From the NCBI GenBank assembly GCA_030704615.1, contig CM060731.1, positions 16,926,001 through 16,990,000 of the forward strand: a DNA stretch of 64,000 bases, written 5' to 3'. The notes under the pieces were generated by a model. The model was not told the DNA's origin. It did no database searches and saw nothing but the letters and a program-made list of their open reading frames with translations. Position numbers and translations under genes: made by a program. Positions 49,401 to 61,400 of the stretch are shown in pieces. The DNA is from Takakia lepidozioides. Its lineage: Eukaryota > Plantae > Bryophyta. How positions within the stretch are numbered: position 1 is the stretch's first letter; each line of letters begins with the position of its first letter.

Positions 49401-52400
49401 GCAAGTTGCCTGCCAAGCACTCAAAGCTGCAACCTTCAGCCAAAGATTGGCAGTCTCTAAAGAAAGAGTTGCCTTGCTTGCAACATATGTGGGTTTGGCT
49501 TGCTGATGTTTAAATGAAATGTTGAGGTTGCAGGGGGTGATCGAGTGTCCAGAACCTGACAAAGATATTCGGAGGTTCAATGCAAATCTAAGGCTCTTTC
49601 CACCCTTTATTGACAATGATTTTTGTCCCATCTCCATCACGAATACTCTCTTGCAATCTTGCTACTTGCGCAACACAGAGTGGGCCTGTGGTGTTGCTGT
49701 TTATACAGGTCAACTGCCATTCTCATCTTTGCTTTCTGGTTCTCAGCTGCAGCCTCATTTACACTAGTTCTAGCCTCCCCGCCTTTGTACACTGTCTGAC
49801 TTTTCTAGTAGAAGACATTATGTGAGGTGAATTAGCAAGAATTGGTTGACTTGTGTGAACAGTCTATCCTTGGAATATATTGGATGTCATGCTTCTGTCA
49901 AAAACTAACATGGTGCGATGGACTGGTACTGTCAGGCAATGAAACAAAGCTGGGAATGAGCAAAGGATTGGCATCGCCAAAGCTGACTGCGGTGGATGCC
50001 CTGATTGATAAGCTGACGGCCGCCATCTTTGTATTTCAGTTTGTGGTGGTCCTCATTTTGGGTGTGGCAGGCAATGTATGGAGATCGAATGAAGGTGATA
50101 AGGTCAGCACATGCTTCTGCTCTGACTCTCGCAGGATGGGAAGTGGAGAGAGGGTCATTGTAGAAATATTACTGTTTCTCCTTAGCCCTATCCTCTGATT
50201 TTCATGGCAGTCTAACTGTCATGTACAACAGCTGATTAAACTGAGCTCTCTTGAACAAGGTTGTTTGGGCTGAAGAATTTGGACTAAAGGGTTACTCATT
50301 CCTGTTGCAGTTCTCCTCATTAGCAACCAAGCAAGTGTGAGTGTAAGTACCGTTTGCAGCAGCGTGAGCTTATTGTGGTGATTTATGATATGTGCCTATA
50401 GATATGGTATGTGAGCTATCCCAAGTCTGCACCATGGTACGACTTCTTCGTTATTCCACTCCGCTTTGAGCTTCTTTGCTCTATCATGATCCCCATCTCA
50501 ATAAAGGTACAACAGTTTCCCTGTATTTCTGCTGCTCTTAAGTAGGTGGTCTAGTAGCATGTATGATTCTGTCTTCAATCACCATAGAAGCTGTTTACAC
50601 ATAGGTTGGCTCGAGGTTACCACATGACACTTTGAAGGACACTAGTTTCCAATGGAGGGTTGCTGACCTTGTAACCTTGTGCACCTCTCACCAGGGGTCT
50701 GAGTACATTGTCATGAACTGTATAGCTCATGAAAGCTGGTTTGAGGCTGGTAGCTTACCATGTCTCCTCGAAGTCTGGTCTGTCACAGTGGAGGGGGCAT
50801 GTCAAAGGACCTTTCCCACCAACTTCATGTAGAATCAAGCTGTTCTGAAGGCATTGTAAGAGCTAGTTCATGTCAATAGGTGTTATACTGGTGTGGATGA
50901 TGTTTCGCAATATTTGTGTGATCTCTTGACAATGTAGCAGATTGCCTTCAAAGATGAAGGTAAGGAGGATACGACATTGAAGAAGAGTGAGCATGTGAAT
51001 CATGGGTTGGCATGGGTTGCAGGTCTCATTGGACCTGGCAAAAAGCATGTATTCTAAATTCATAGACTGGGACCGGCTAATGTATGATGCTAAGACTGAC
51101 ACTCCAGCAGTTGCCAGCAAGTACGATCCTTGGCCCAACACTTTTCTTAGCAAGACTCCTTGTTACACATATTGTTCATATGTTGGTGCTTCACACGGTG
51201 TCCATCTCCAATAATTTACCCCTAGAACACTGCAATCCTGTTCTGTTCATATATTATTTGTTCATTGACCTGCATTGTAGAACTGCATGTGAGTCAAATC
51301 ATGTCTATCATGCAGTGGAGGTAGAATGAGAGTGGTAACCATAACTGAATGCAAACTTTTGGTTCCAAGTGAAGTTGCTGGGGATGCTGGCTATTTGGGA
51401 CACCTGCTGCCTACATATATTGTGTTCCATAAGCCTGCTATCTCTTTAGAATGTCTGGGCTGATTGTGAAAAATGAGAACATGCTTCAGTAACATGCAGC
51501 GAATGGGCAGGGAAGCAGTCCTAGGAAGTAGTACCTTGGCTGGAAATACCTGTTCAGGAAGCTGGTTTGTGGAAAGGAAGGTATATAACCGGAGTGGCCC
51601 TGTGCTTGAGCTTCTCTAGGAAGTAATTGTTTGTTACAAAGGTATATGAGTTTTTCCCAATATTATGGGGGTGAACATTCACCGAGTTTGATATTTGTGT
51701 GGTGCAAAAGAAGTCGGAAATGAGGTAATCTGAGAACTTAAGCGGCTGCGATAGGTGCAGGGCTGAATAGTCTGTCCTGTCCAAACTATGTAATCTGTCA
51801 GAATGTGGATGGCAAACTGGGGCTTACAACACCTGACCATCATCTATAGTACCAGCTTATGTCTATTTCTGAAGCATGTATAGTGCCTCTGCCAACTACC
51901 TTTCCTTCAATTAGCAGTTTTGTCACTGCCATAGCCTATGTGCTCTCATTAGTGTGCAGTGGTGAATTTGCAGTACAGGAATCAGTGAAGATTTGGGGCA
52001 AATAGAGTATGTCCTCACAGACAAGACGGGTACTCTTACTGAGAATGTGATGGTCTTCAAGAGGTGTTGCATCAAAGGTGTATCTTATGGCACTGTCACA
52101 GGCGAGGCTCTCTCAGGTTGTCCAAATGTTGTGGTTTCTAGCACTTTTTGTACTACTTGCATGTCAGTGTTCCCTATGGTGTGAATCTCTCTTTGGAGGA
52201 ATGCGTGTGCCTTTGCCCTGATACTTTATTTCCTGTGTCTTCTTTTTTATTCTGGTTCCCACATGCAGACACTCATACAGAAGCCAGAAAATGGATGTCC
52301 TTCAAGTTGTACCCTGGTTAACAAGAAAGAGAAAGAGATGGGGCAGCAAGGTGGGAAGAGGTGGGGGAAGAGAAAGAGGGAGAGGTTCTCTCACCCAGAA

Positions 52401-55400
52401 CAATCTGATTGACTTTTTTGCTTCCCCTTCCCCTTGGAATGAAAGGGAAGCCTAGAAGGAAAGAAAGAGACAAGGGAGGGTTCTCTGTAAAAACTTTTAA
52501 ACATGAAACTTTTCCATAATCTAAACAATGTCTTTGATTATGCAGATTCTGCATTGACTCAGGCTGTAATGGAAAAGGTCCAAGAAGTCATCAAATTTTT
52601 ACTGGTCATGGCGATCTGCAACACAGTTGTGCCTTGTAAAAGGTACTCTCATCCTCATGGTTGACAGACATCACAACCTCATTTGGACTCGTGCACTGAA
52701 ACTTATTATTTGTCGTGGATCAGGGATTGTATCCATCAGTTGACTATATCGGTGCTGTTGTCATTGCTCTGAAATAGTATAGTTGCTGCCTCTGACTGCA
52801 ATTGCCCTTGAAGAACTTTACAACCTTTTGTACGTCACAAGCAACCTAAATGTGCAAATTTTTTTGCATGTTGTCAATGAATCTGCCATCTCTGTCGTAT
52901 TGAAGTACAGGTAGTGCCACACATTCTGGAGGGTCAGCTGAGATACTCGGAGCAACATGGCCCTGTGTCAGAGATGCAAGCATTAGATTTTTCAAACCAC
53001 GTTACCATAGACCCTGCACCCAGTCTGGAAAGCAGAGAGATGAGGATGTATCCGTTGAGCTCTGCTTGCTGGACGTTTGTTGGCATATATCCCTTGGACA
53101 GACTGAGAGAAGGATGGGAGATTAGTGGAGTGATAAACCAAAAGAAAGGGATCGCTGCAATTGTGGGGCTCTGTGAAATATAGATTGACTCCAGGGCTTT
53201 GCCAAATTCTGTCAAGAAAGCTCTCTACCATCCTATCATGGGTTTCCCTCAGCAAAGCCAGGAGCTGGAATCCTGTAGGGCCATGTGACTAGAGAGGGGA
53301 TGGGACACAGTGGAAGTGACATACCAACTTTTGTTACAGGAGGGCTTTGGCTTCTGTGGCCGGTAGCCTACAGTTCAATGCACGTACATATTGCACGTTT
53401 TGACATGGTTTAAGACTTGGAACTTTCAACTTGTGGTCATCAGTCTGAAGATGCCATTCTTAAATCCAATGCCCAGTGCTAATGGGAAGTTCAAATGTCT
53501 ATTCGGGTTGGGCTGAGTAATGTTTGCTGTAATGTTGTCATGTATGTATTTCCATTGATTTCTTTTAAGTTCTGTTAAACCGTGTAAAGTATTTGGGCAT
53601 CTGACTTGGAGTGGAATGGACGAGTAGTGCAAATGGGGCACTGGTATACAAGGCACAGTCACAGGATGAAGAGGCACTAGTCCAGGCCGCTGCCCGACTG
53701 CGAATGGTGTTGTGCACCAAAACTGGCTCGCTTCTTGGTAGGTTTTCTCCATTCTGTCACTCTCTTTCGGATTATTTTGAACAATAAAATGCAGAGAGGA
53801 AGAGGAGATTGCAATCGCCCGATGTGCAGGCAACCTGAAGACAATATCCATTTCCTGATACATTGTCCGGGGTGTTCTCACCAGAGAGTGACCCTCTTCA
53901 GGACAATCAAGAACATTGTCTCAGCACCTCTGTTCACCAACTTTCTAAATCGTGAGGCTGTGCCTGGAGCCCTGGCCCTGTTGGGGTCTAACTTTTGGGC
54001 TAGTCACACACAGCAGATTGATGCTTGTGTGAAGGGCTTCCTAATTGTTTGTATCAAGGTAAGTCATACTACCGGAGTGAGCCCCTCACAAAGGTAGTTT
54101 CTGGTCCCTTTTGTTCCGCCCAAACTGGGCTCGGGGTCTATGGCCACAAGGCTATGGCAAACAAGACTTATGAGTACAGCTTTCAGGTTATTTGTCTCTA
54201 TCAAGGTAAGTCACACTACTGGGGTGATCCCCTCACAAAGGTAGTATCTGTTCCTTTTTGTGCCGCCCAAACTGGGCGCGGGGTCTATGGCCACAAGGCT
54301 ACGGCAAGCTACGTCTTATGAGTACATTCTTTCAGGTGATTGTAGGTGGTGGCGAATGGGCTCTGCATGCTGTGGATCTCAGTGTGAGGGTAATGGAGGG
54401 GATTTTTCTACACCTATTGCATATGTGTTGGCGTCTAGCTGAGACTGTGGTATGGGTGTGGAACCTAAACACTATGTGACTGTTGTCATGCAGAAGTAAG
54501 TTTGTTAGGAAAGGTGCTGGAGTACGAGATTCTGGATGTGTTGGAGTTTACATCAGATCGCAAGCGCATGTCAGTGGTGGTGCGGGATTGTGACACAGGA
54601 ACATTGCAGCTACTCACCAAAGGCGCTGATGAATCCATCTTTCCCCTCGTAAGCTCCGGTATGTGAGTAGTCCTGAGTGTACACTTTTCCTCCTCTATTA
54701 CAACAACTTGGTTGACGTTAATGGTCAAAACAACGCTTTCCATGAGTTTTGTTCTTCGATTTAGCCATTGTTCACTTATGGAGCTAGTCCTTATCCATAA
54801 TGGAATTGAAACTGTTCTTATGCTCATTGTTGACCTTCAGCAAGATGATCCAAGTGATGTAATAACACCCTTCATCTAGTGTTGGGGTCAAATATAGAAA
54901 TGTTCTGTGTAGAGAATCCTGAGAGAGTACAGTGACCTACAAGAGTACGGACAGATGGTGTTCTTATGCAGATCAGGAGGTGAGACCCATTGCAGAAACA
55001 ATTGACCACTACTCTCAGCTGGGGCTGAGGACCCTGTGCCTGGCCTGGCGGGACCTTGATGAGGATGAGTATGCTACCTGGTCCTCTAAGTTCAAGGAGG
55101 CAAACACTTCTCTGATAGAGCGTGAGGTTGGTTTCAATCAACGGGAAAGGGGCATGTGGGTGGTTCTATGTTGCAGTTTTCAATGCGTCTGTCCCTTTGT
55201 AGGAGCTATCTGTTCTCAGATGTCAAGCGAGGTCATTAGATCAATCCACTAGTTCTATATTTGGATCTTGCTGTAGCTAAATTCGGCCCATAAGATTTTT
55301 CCATCACAAGTGCCTAAGTAATTTGTCTGCAGCTTTCCAGCAAATAACTACTGAGATGAGGGCTCATAAATGGAGGGACTGACCAGGTTGTTAGCACCTA

Positions 55401-58400
55401 AGTTGAGGGAAGGAAGTGGAGGGTGGAATTCAAATGGGAAACTGACACAGCAATATCTGTGAAGCTTCATTTTTTTGACAATAGTGAAGTTTGTCACCTG
55501 TGCATGCAGTGGAAGGTAGCTGAAGTGTCCCAACTTCTGGAGAAAAATTTGGAGCTACTTGGTGCAACTGCAATTGAGGACAAGTTGCAGGTTGGGATAT
55601 GAACCCACTATCCCATGCTGTCTGTCTATGCTAATGTTTGGATCACCAATAAGCCAATAGGCTTACTGATTAATTGCTGACTGGAGTAAGGGTGATTAGA
55701 GGTGAGGGCTCATGGCTAGCAGGTTTGTGATAACTCACCTTGAGCATGGGAACCGTGGCCCTTTCGTGAAACTTTCAGATGTTATCTACACGCTTGTGAC
55801 TCTTATCTTGTTCTCACCAAGTAATCTCGTTCTAATCTTGTGATCTTGTTTTGGAAGCTTTCATAGTACAGCACTAGGCTCAGCAAGCCGTGAATGCTTC
55901 TCAGAGATGCACACATAAGAGATGAACCAGCCGCCACTGCAAGGCCAAGTAGTGGTGGTAGAATTCCACCTGCAATCTTAAGTGCCAACTCCACCAGCAC
56001 CATGGGCAGATTTGCAGGTCATCAAGAATTTGAAATTGCCACGGATGTAAAAGAGCACAATGCAGATGCAGTCAAGCAGTGGATATCCAACCTAACTGGC
56101 TTCAGCAAGAGACTGACATTTTTATTATTTCTTATTAAAGCTGATGAGTTATTGCAATGACAACTCACAAGACTGGGGTTTGGTGGTGTTGCAGGACGGG
56201 GTTCCAGAGACAATCTCAACATTGAGAAAGGCAGGAATCAACTTCTGGATGCTGACGGGGGACAAGCACAGGACTGCTGTTCAGATTGCTCTCTCTTGCA
56301 ACTTCATCTTGCCAGGTTTGTCCATTTCCTAGTGCAGGAAGCTGTTTCCTTATTTTCTTCTTCAGTTCTTTTTTCACTCATCATCAGTGTTTGCCTCCCT
56401 GACGAGAGGGGGCATGTATTACAGCTGAGAACCACATTGACACTGGTCCCCAAGATTTTTTTCGGTTTAGGACCTTGACTACCATCTGCAGGGGAAAACC
56501 ATTTAGTTTGCCATTATATCACGGAGGCTGAGCTTGACTGTAAGGCTAAATAAGGCTGGAATCAGACTTTGCCAGTTCACACCAGTGTGTTCATGCCAAT
56601 GGTATAAAAGCATTCTCCTCCAGCAGGATCCAGTTGGGGAATGGGACAAAAAGAAAAAAAAATATTATGTCCACTGTATATGTACTCATAAGACGTTGTT
56701 TGCCGTGTTTATTATGTCCACTGTATATGAAAAGAGTCGTAGTGGGCAGTTCTCATATATGTTCCTGACACAGACTTTGAAAGCAAGTTCCTGCAACCGA
56801 GGCCTATGGGCATCATTGTATGCAATCTTCACTGATCTGCCATTACTGTTACCACCAATAAGAGAGAAGAGGATTATAATGACAGCTATGTGCAGCTGTT
56901 AGCAGTTCTTCAACCTTATTAGCCCAGCCCTTTGGTGACTGGTGCTTCCAATCCATTATACCTGTTTGGATGAGAACGTTACTGCACAAATTAGGACTGG
57001 CATTCTGCTTCACTCCCATTCTGTTCGCATATGGATGGAGGGAATTATAGAAACCTGTACGAGGAGAACAACAGAAGATAGGTAGGTCTTATTGTGGGGG
57101 TTTTTGACCTGGGCATTCTCCGCTATGAAGCACGTTTATTATTTGTAAGTAATCACTTGTTTCCGGGTGGACAAATGCAGGAATCGACTTCTGCATTACA
57201 ATTCATACTGTACATATCATGCAGTGCTAGATAGAGGCTTATCTTTCAAGCTGCCTGTTCCTATGAAAGTTCTACCTCCTTGTCTAAGTTCCTTTTGTTG
57301 GATGTGTCAAGGCTATGGCCCTTGCATGACACTCTGAGAACAGAACGGGATGGGTAGCTCAGTATAGAGCACCCCACCGGAATGGGGGAGGTCCTAGGTT
57401 CAATCCCTAGCCCGACCACACGCCAGTGGTTTTCCAATATGGTATCAGAGCCAAGGTTGTGGCGGTGGTCAGAATGGGTGGGCATTAGCTATAAGGGCTG
57501 CCTTGAGGGGGAGTGTTGGATGTGTCAAGGCTATAGCCCTTGCATGACACTCTGAGAACAGAACGGGATGGGTAGCTCAGTGGTAGAGCACCCCACCGGA
57601 ATGGGGGAGGTCCTAGGTTCAATCCCTAGCCCGACCACACGCCAGTGGTTTTCCAATATGGTATCAGAGCCAAGGTTGTGGCGGTGGTCAGAATGGGTGG
57701 GCATTAGCTATAAGGGCTGCCTTGAGGGGGAGTGTTGGATGTGTCAAGGCTATAGCCCTTGCATGACACTCTGAGAACAGAACGGGATGGGTAGCTCAGT
57801 GGTAGAGCACCCCACCGGAATGGGGGAGGTCCTAGGTTCAATCCCTAGCCCGACCACACGCCAGTGGTTTTCCAACAGGTAGGTTATCAGAAGGCTGTGA
57901 ACCGAGGGTAGTTCTTGACTGTACTAATGCTAGATGCAGTGTAAGGTCCTGTCTATGCTGAAGAGCATATACAGCTACATATAACGGTTGAGTGCGCCTT
58001 GGGCTTCTGCAACAGTAACACTGTTGCCACAACAGACTGGTTAAGGAGCATGACAGAAGGAGTGGGGGTCCTGCAGAACCAGAAGGACAGCTGCTGCAGG
58101 TGCAAGGTCGCACCCCTGATGAGGTGGCAATCAGCTTGGAACGCGTGTTGCGCACCCTGCGTATTACCAGCACAGAGCACAAGGTGACATATTTCAGCCC
58201 TTATTGGTATTTGTCTGTGCAAAAACAGGACAGATCTTTCATTTGTCATTGCAGCTTCTCGTAGGCTCAGCACATTACTTCTTTGTAAGGGAAAGGTGGG
58301 TTCATATGTTTTCAGGATATTGCATTTGCGATCGATGGGTTAGCGCTTGAGATTGCACTGAAATATCATTATGGAGCATTTACAGAGCTAGCAATGCTAT

Positions 58401-61400
58401 CTAAGACGGCTCTGTGTTGTCGTGTGACTCCATCCCAGAAAGCTCAGGTTCTCTCTTCTCTCTATGTTATGATTGCAATGCACGGAAAGGAAAACATTCC
58501 ACAGTTGCACTCTGTGCTGTTGCTGCCCAGCCTGAAGACATTATCACTTTCTCTTACATTTCCGGGGTATTCGCTCCAGAGAGTGACCCTCTTCAGGTCC
58601 ATCAAGGACATTGTTCCTGCAGCTCTGTCCACTACGGTTGAAAATCTTGAGGCTGGGCCTAAAGCCCTGGCCCTGTGGGGTTGGGCAACTCACACACAGG
58701 AGATTGATGCTTGTGTGAAGGGCTTTCTAGAGGATATCTGGAAAGCATAAACTATTTGTTTATATCAAGGTAAGTCCCACTATCGCTCTGAGCCCTTCGC
58801 ATAGGTAGTGGCTATTCCCTCTTGTTCTGCCCAAACTGGGCGCGGGGTCTATGACCACAAGGCTATGGCAAACGTCTTACGAGTACTCTTGTCCTACATA
58901 GCATGCAGATCTATTGTGTCTTTAGGGACTCCCAATCTTTGGCAGACTCCTTAAGCTTTCAGATTCGAAGTGTCTGGCAGCGTACCTGCAGGAGTTGGAA
59001 ACAGGAAGGAGAAGTATGTTGCAAATCCCAGTTTCTCCACTCCAGGGTGTGGTGATGAAAAAGGTTTATGTTGCACGAGAGACCAACCGTATAGTATGGG
59101 TCTCCTCAATGACAAGTCAATTCCAAGCTCAGACATAGTCAGGAAGCCATACAGCTTGGTGCCCTTTCCAAATTGAAAACCACTATCTTACCCTTGGCAA
59201 GCCACGAATTCCGGCATTGTTAGCAACTACAGCAACCTTCTTGGTGCACCTAACTACACGAGGGTAGACAACTTCAAAGAAATAGGCAGGCAGATTAAAG
59301 TCCTGTAGAGGCAGGCTCGAGAGTGAGAGGACCTGAACCGAAAAGACGGCCGCAGAATGCTAAGCCTCTAACACATGAAGGACGGTTTAGCCACATATTT
59401 GGTATTGTACGCGTGTATAGAGGGGTACGACATGTTGCTGACGTTGGAAATGTGATGCAGCTGGTGGGGCTGGTTAAGAGTTGTGACTACAGAACACTTG
59501 CTATTGGGGATGGAGGTAACGACGTGAAGATGATACAAGAGGCCCATGTTGGGGTCGGTATCAGTGGGCGTGAAGGCCTGCAGGCAGCTCGTGCTGCTGA
59601 CTTCAGTCTTGGCAGTAAGTGGCTGCTGCCTCTGTTGCACTATCCTCCTCTTATGCCAAGAGAAAACCCTGGTGGGCGCGAACCCCACAAAAGGCTCTGG
59701 GACGGTCAATGGCCGTAAGGCTATGGCAAGATATCATTCGCAGGGAACATCGTTCGCATGAGTACATATTATGCTAAAAGATGTGCTGGAACAATTTGGG
59801 GTCTCAAAGACAAGATTTGCTCATAGACTCTAATAGAGCAACTACTCTGTGGAGGTAGATGCAATCCTAAGAAGCAACTCACCAGTATTCGCCCGCTTGA
59901 CTGCCCTTAGACTTTGCTTGCCGTAGCCTTGTCGCCGTAGACCCACAGTTCAGAAGTGGTGAATTCAGAGAAGGACCTGTGTATAGACCCAATCAGCGAA
60001 AAAAGAGAGAAGGGTCAAATGCACCCGGAGTTGTGCCCATGAACAGTTATTCCCAAGTACTTGAATCTGTTGGCTTGCGGAGGTTGTCAACTCCAGTGTT
60101 CCTTCAAGGATGTGATCTAGATGCCCTTGCCATAACAAGAAAGGCAGAAGCACTTGACACCTTCTGCTGCCTTGTTGCTGCCTAGTTCAGTACTGAGGGT
60201 ATGCAACCCATGCTGGGCATTGGAAAGTCTGAAAAGGAACTACTTCTATGGTAAGATAATTAGTGTGTGCTTGTCCATGCTGTGGAGGGTGGGAAGTTAT
60301 GGTGATGAAGGAGCGATTTGTCATTGGTGCTGGTATGTTCAGGGTTCAGGTTTTTGAAGCGTTTGATACTGGTGCATGGGAGATATTCTTATAACCGGAC
60401 GGCCTTTTTATCTCAATATTCAATTTACAAGTCTCTTGTTTTATGCTTCATCCAGATATTGTAAGACAATCCTTTGCCTGCATGTGTTCCGGTGCCTACA
60501 TTTGCTCAATTCATGTTCAGCTTTCCATTGTTCCCTCGAGTTTTCTGCGAAATGCGCGGTCGTGTTATGACGCTGGAAGCATGAACGTGTTGGTTATTAT
60601 CATAATGGCAGGAATCATAGCTTACGCAAATGGTGAGGATACTATTGTTTGTCCAGTCAATTGTGGAAGGTAGTGAGAACTTCGAGATTATTCCCTGACA
60701 TAATGGGAGTCACTTTGGGCCAAAAGCTTTTCATTTGTGTCAGGGGTGTCAGGAGCGAGTCTCTTCAACTCATTGAGCCTGATGGCGTACAATGTTGTAT
60801 ATACTAGTCTCCCGGTCATGGTGAATACAGTCTTTGACAAAGATATTAGCGAAACAACTGTTTGCCAACATCCAGAGATTTTATATTTTTGTCAGGCTGG
60901 AAGGTACGCTTTGTGTGACTATCATGTTCTCTTTTCCAGTGGGTTTGTTTGATCCTCTAGCTTTGTTGTTGTCAGAGTGGGTACTGGAATCTGACATGAA
61001 TAATTGCAATAGTGGATGCATGTGTAAGGTTCGTGAGTTCAGCAAGGCTGAGCACTCAGCAGGATATTCTGCTGTTGTGCTTTCCTCATATACATAGTTT
61101 ACTAGGCAGGTGGTGATTGCTACACCAATTATTCTGTATGTCTGGGTTGGACCTGCTGCAGATTAATAAATCCAAGTACCTTTGCGGGCTGGTTTGGACG
61201 GTCACTCTTCCATGTACATCTGATCACTCTCTCCTCCTTTTGGATTTTTCAAGGTGTACACAGCATTGAATGAACCTGGGGACCTTTATTTCTATTTAGG
61301 TAGCTTGTTTTGGGTATGTGTGGAGCTGGGCCCTCTTCCACGATTATTATGCAATGAGAAAAGCTGCAGTGTCTTCCAGTCTCTACCAGTTAAACTAGGG

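Noticed and set aside
52914-53300. Short ORFs on both strands in an ALA2 intron
   Set aside because: The missing ALA2 exon was found at ~53627-53737; these ORFs have no motif I can support.
57296-57877. Repeat-spacer-like array (CRISPR-like)
   Set aside because: Repeats are ~145 bp and the spacers are identical to each other. The PBS/PPT explain it as a TRIM array, and the context is eukaryotic with no cas genes.
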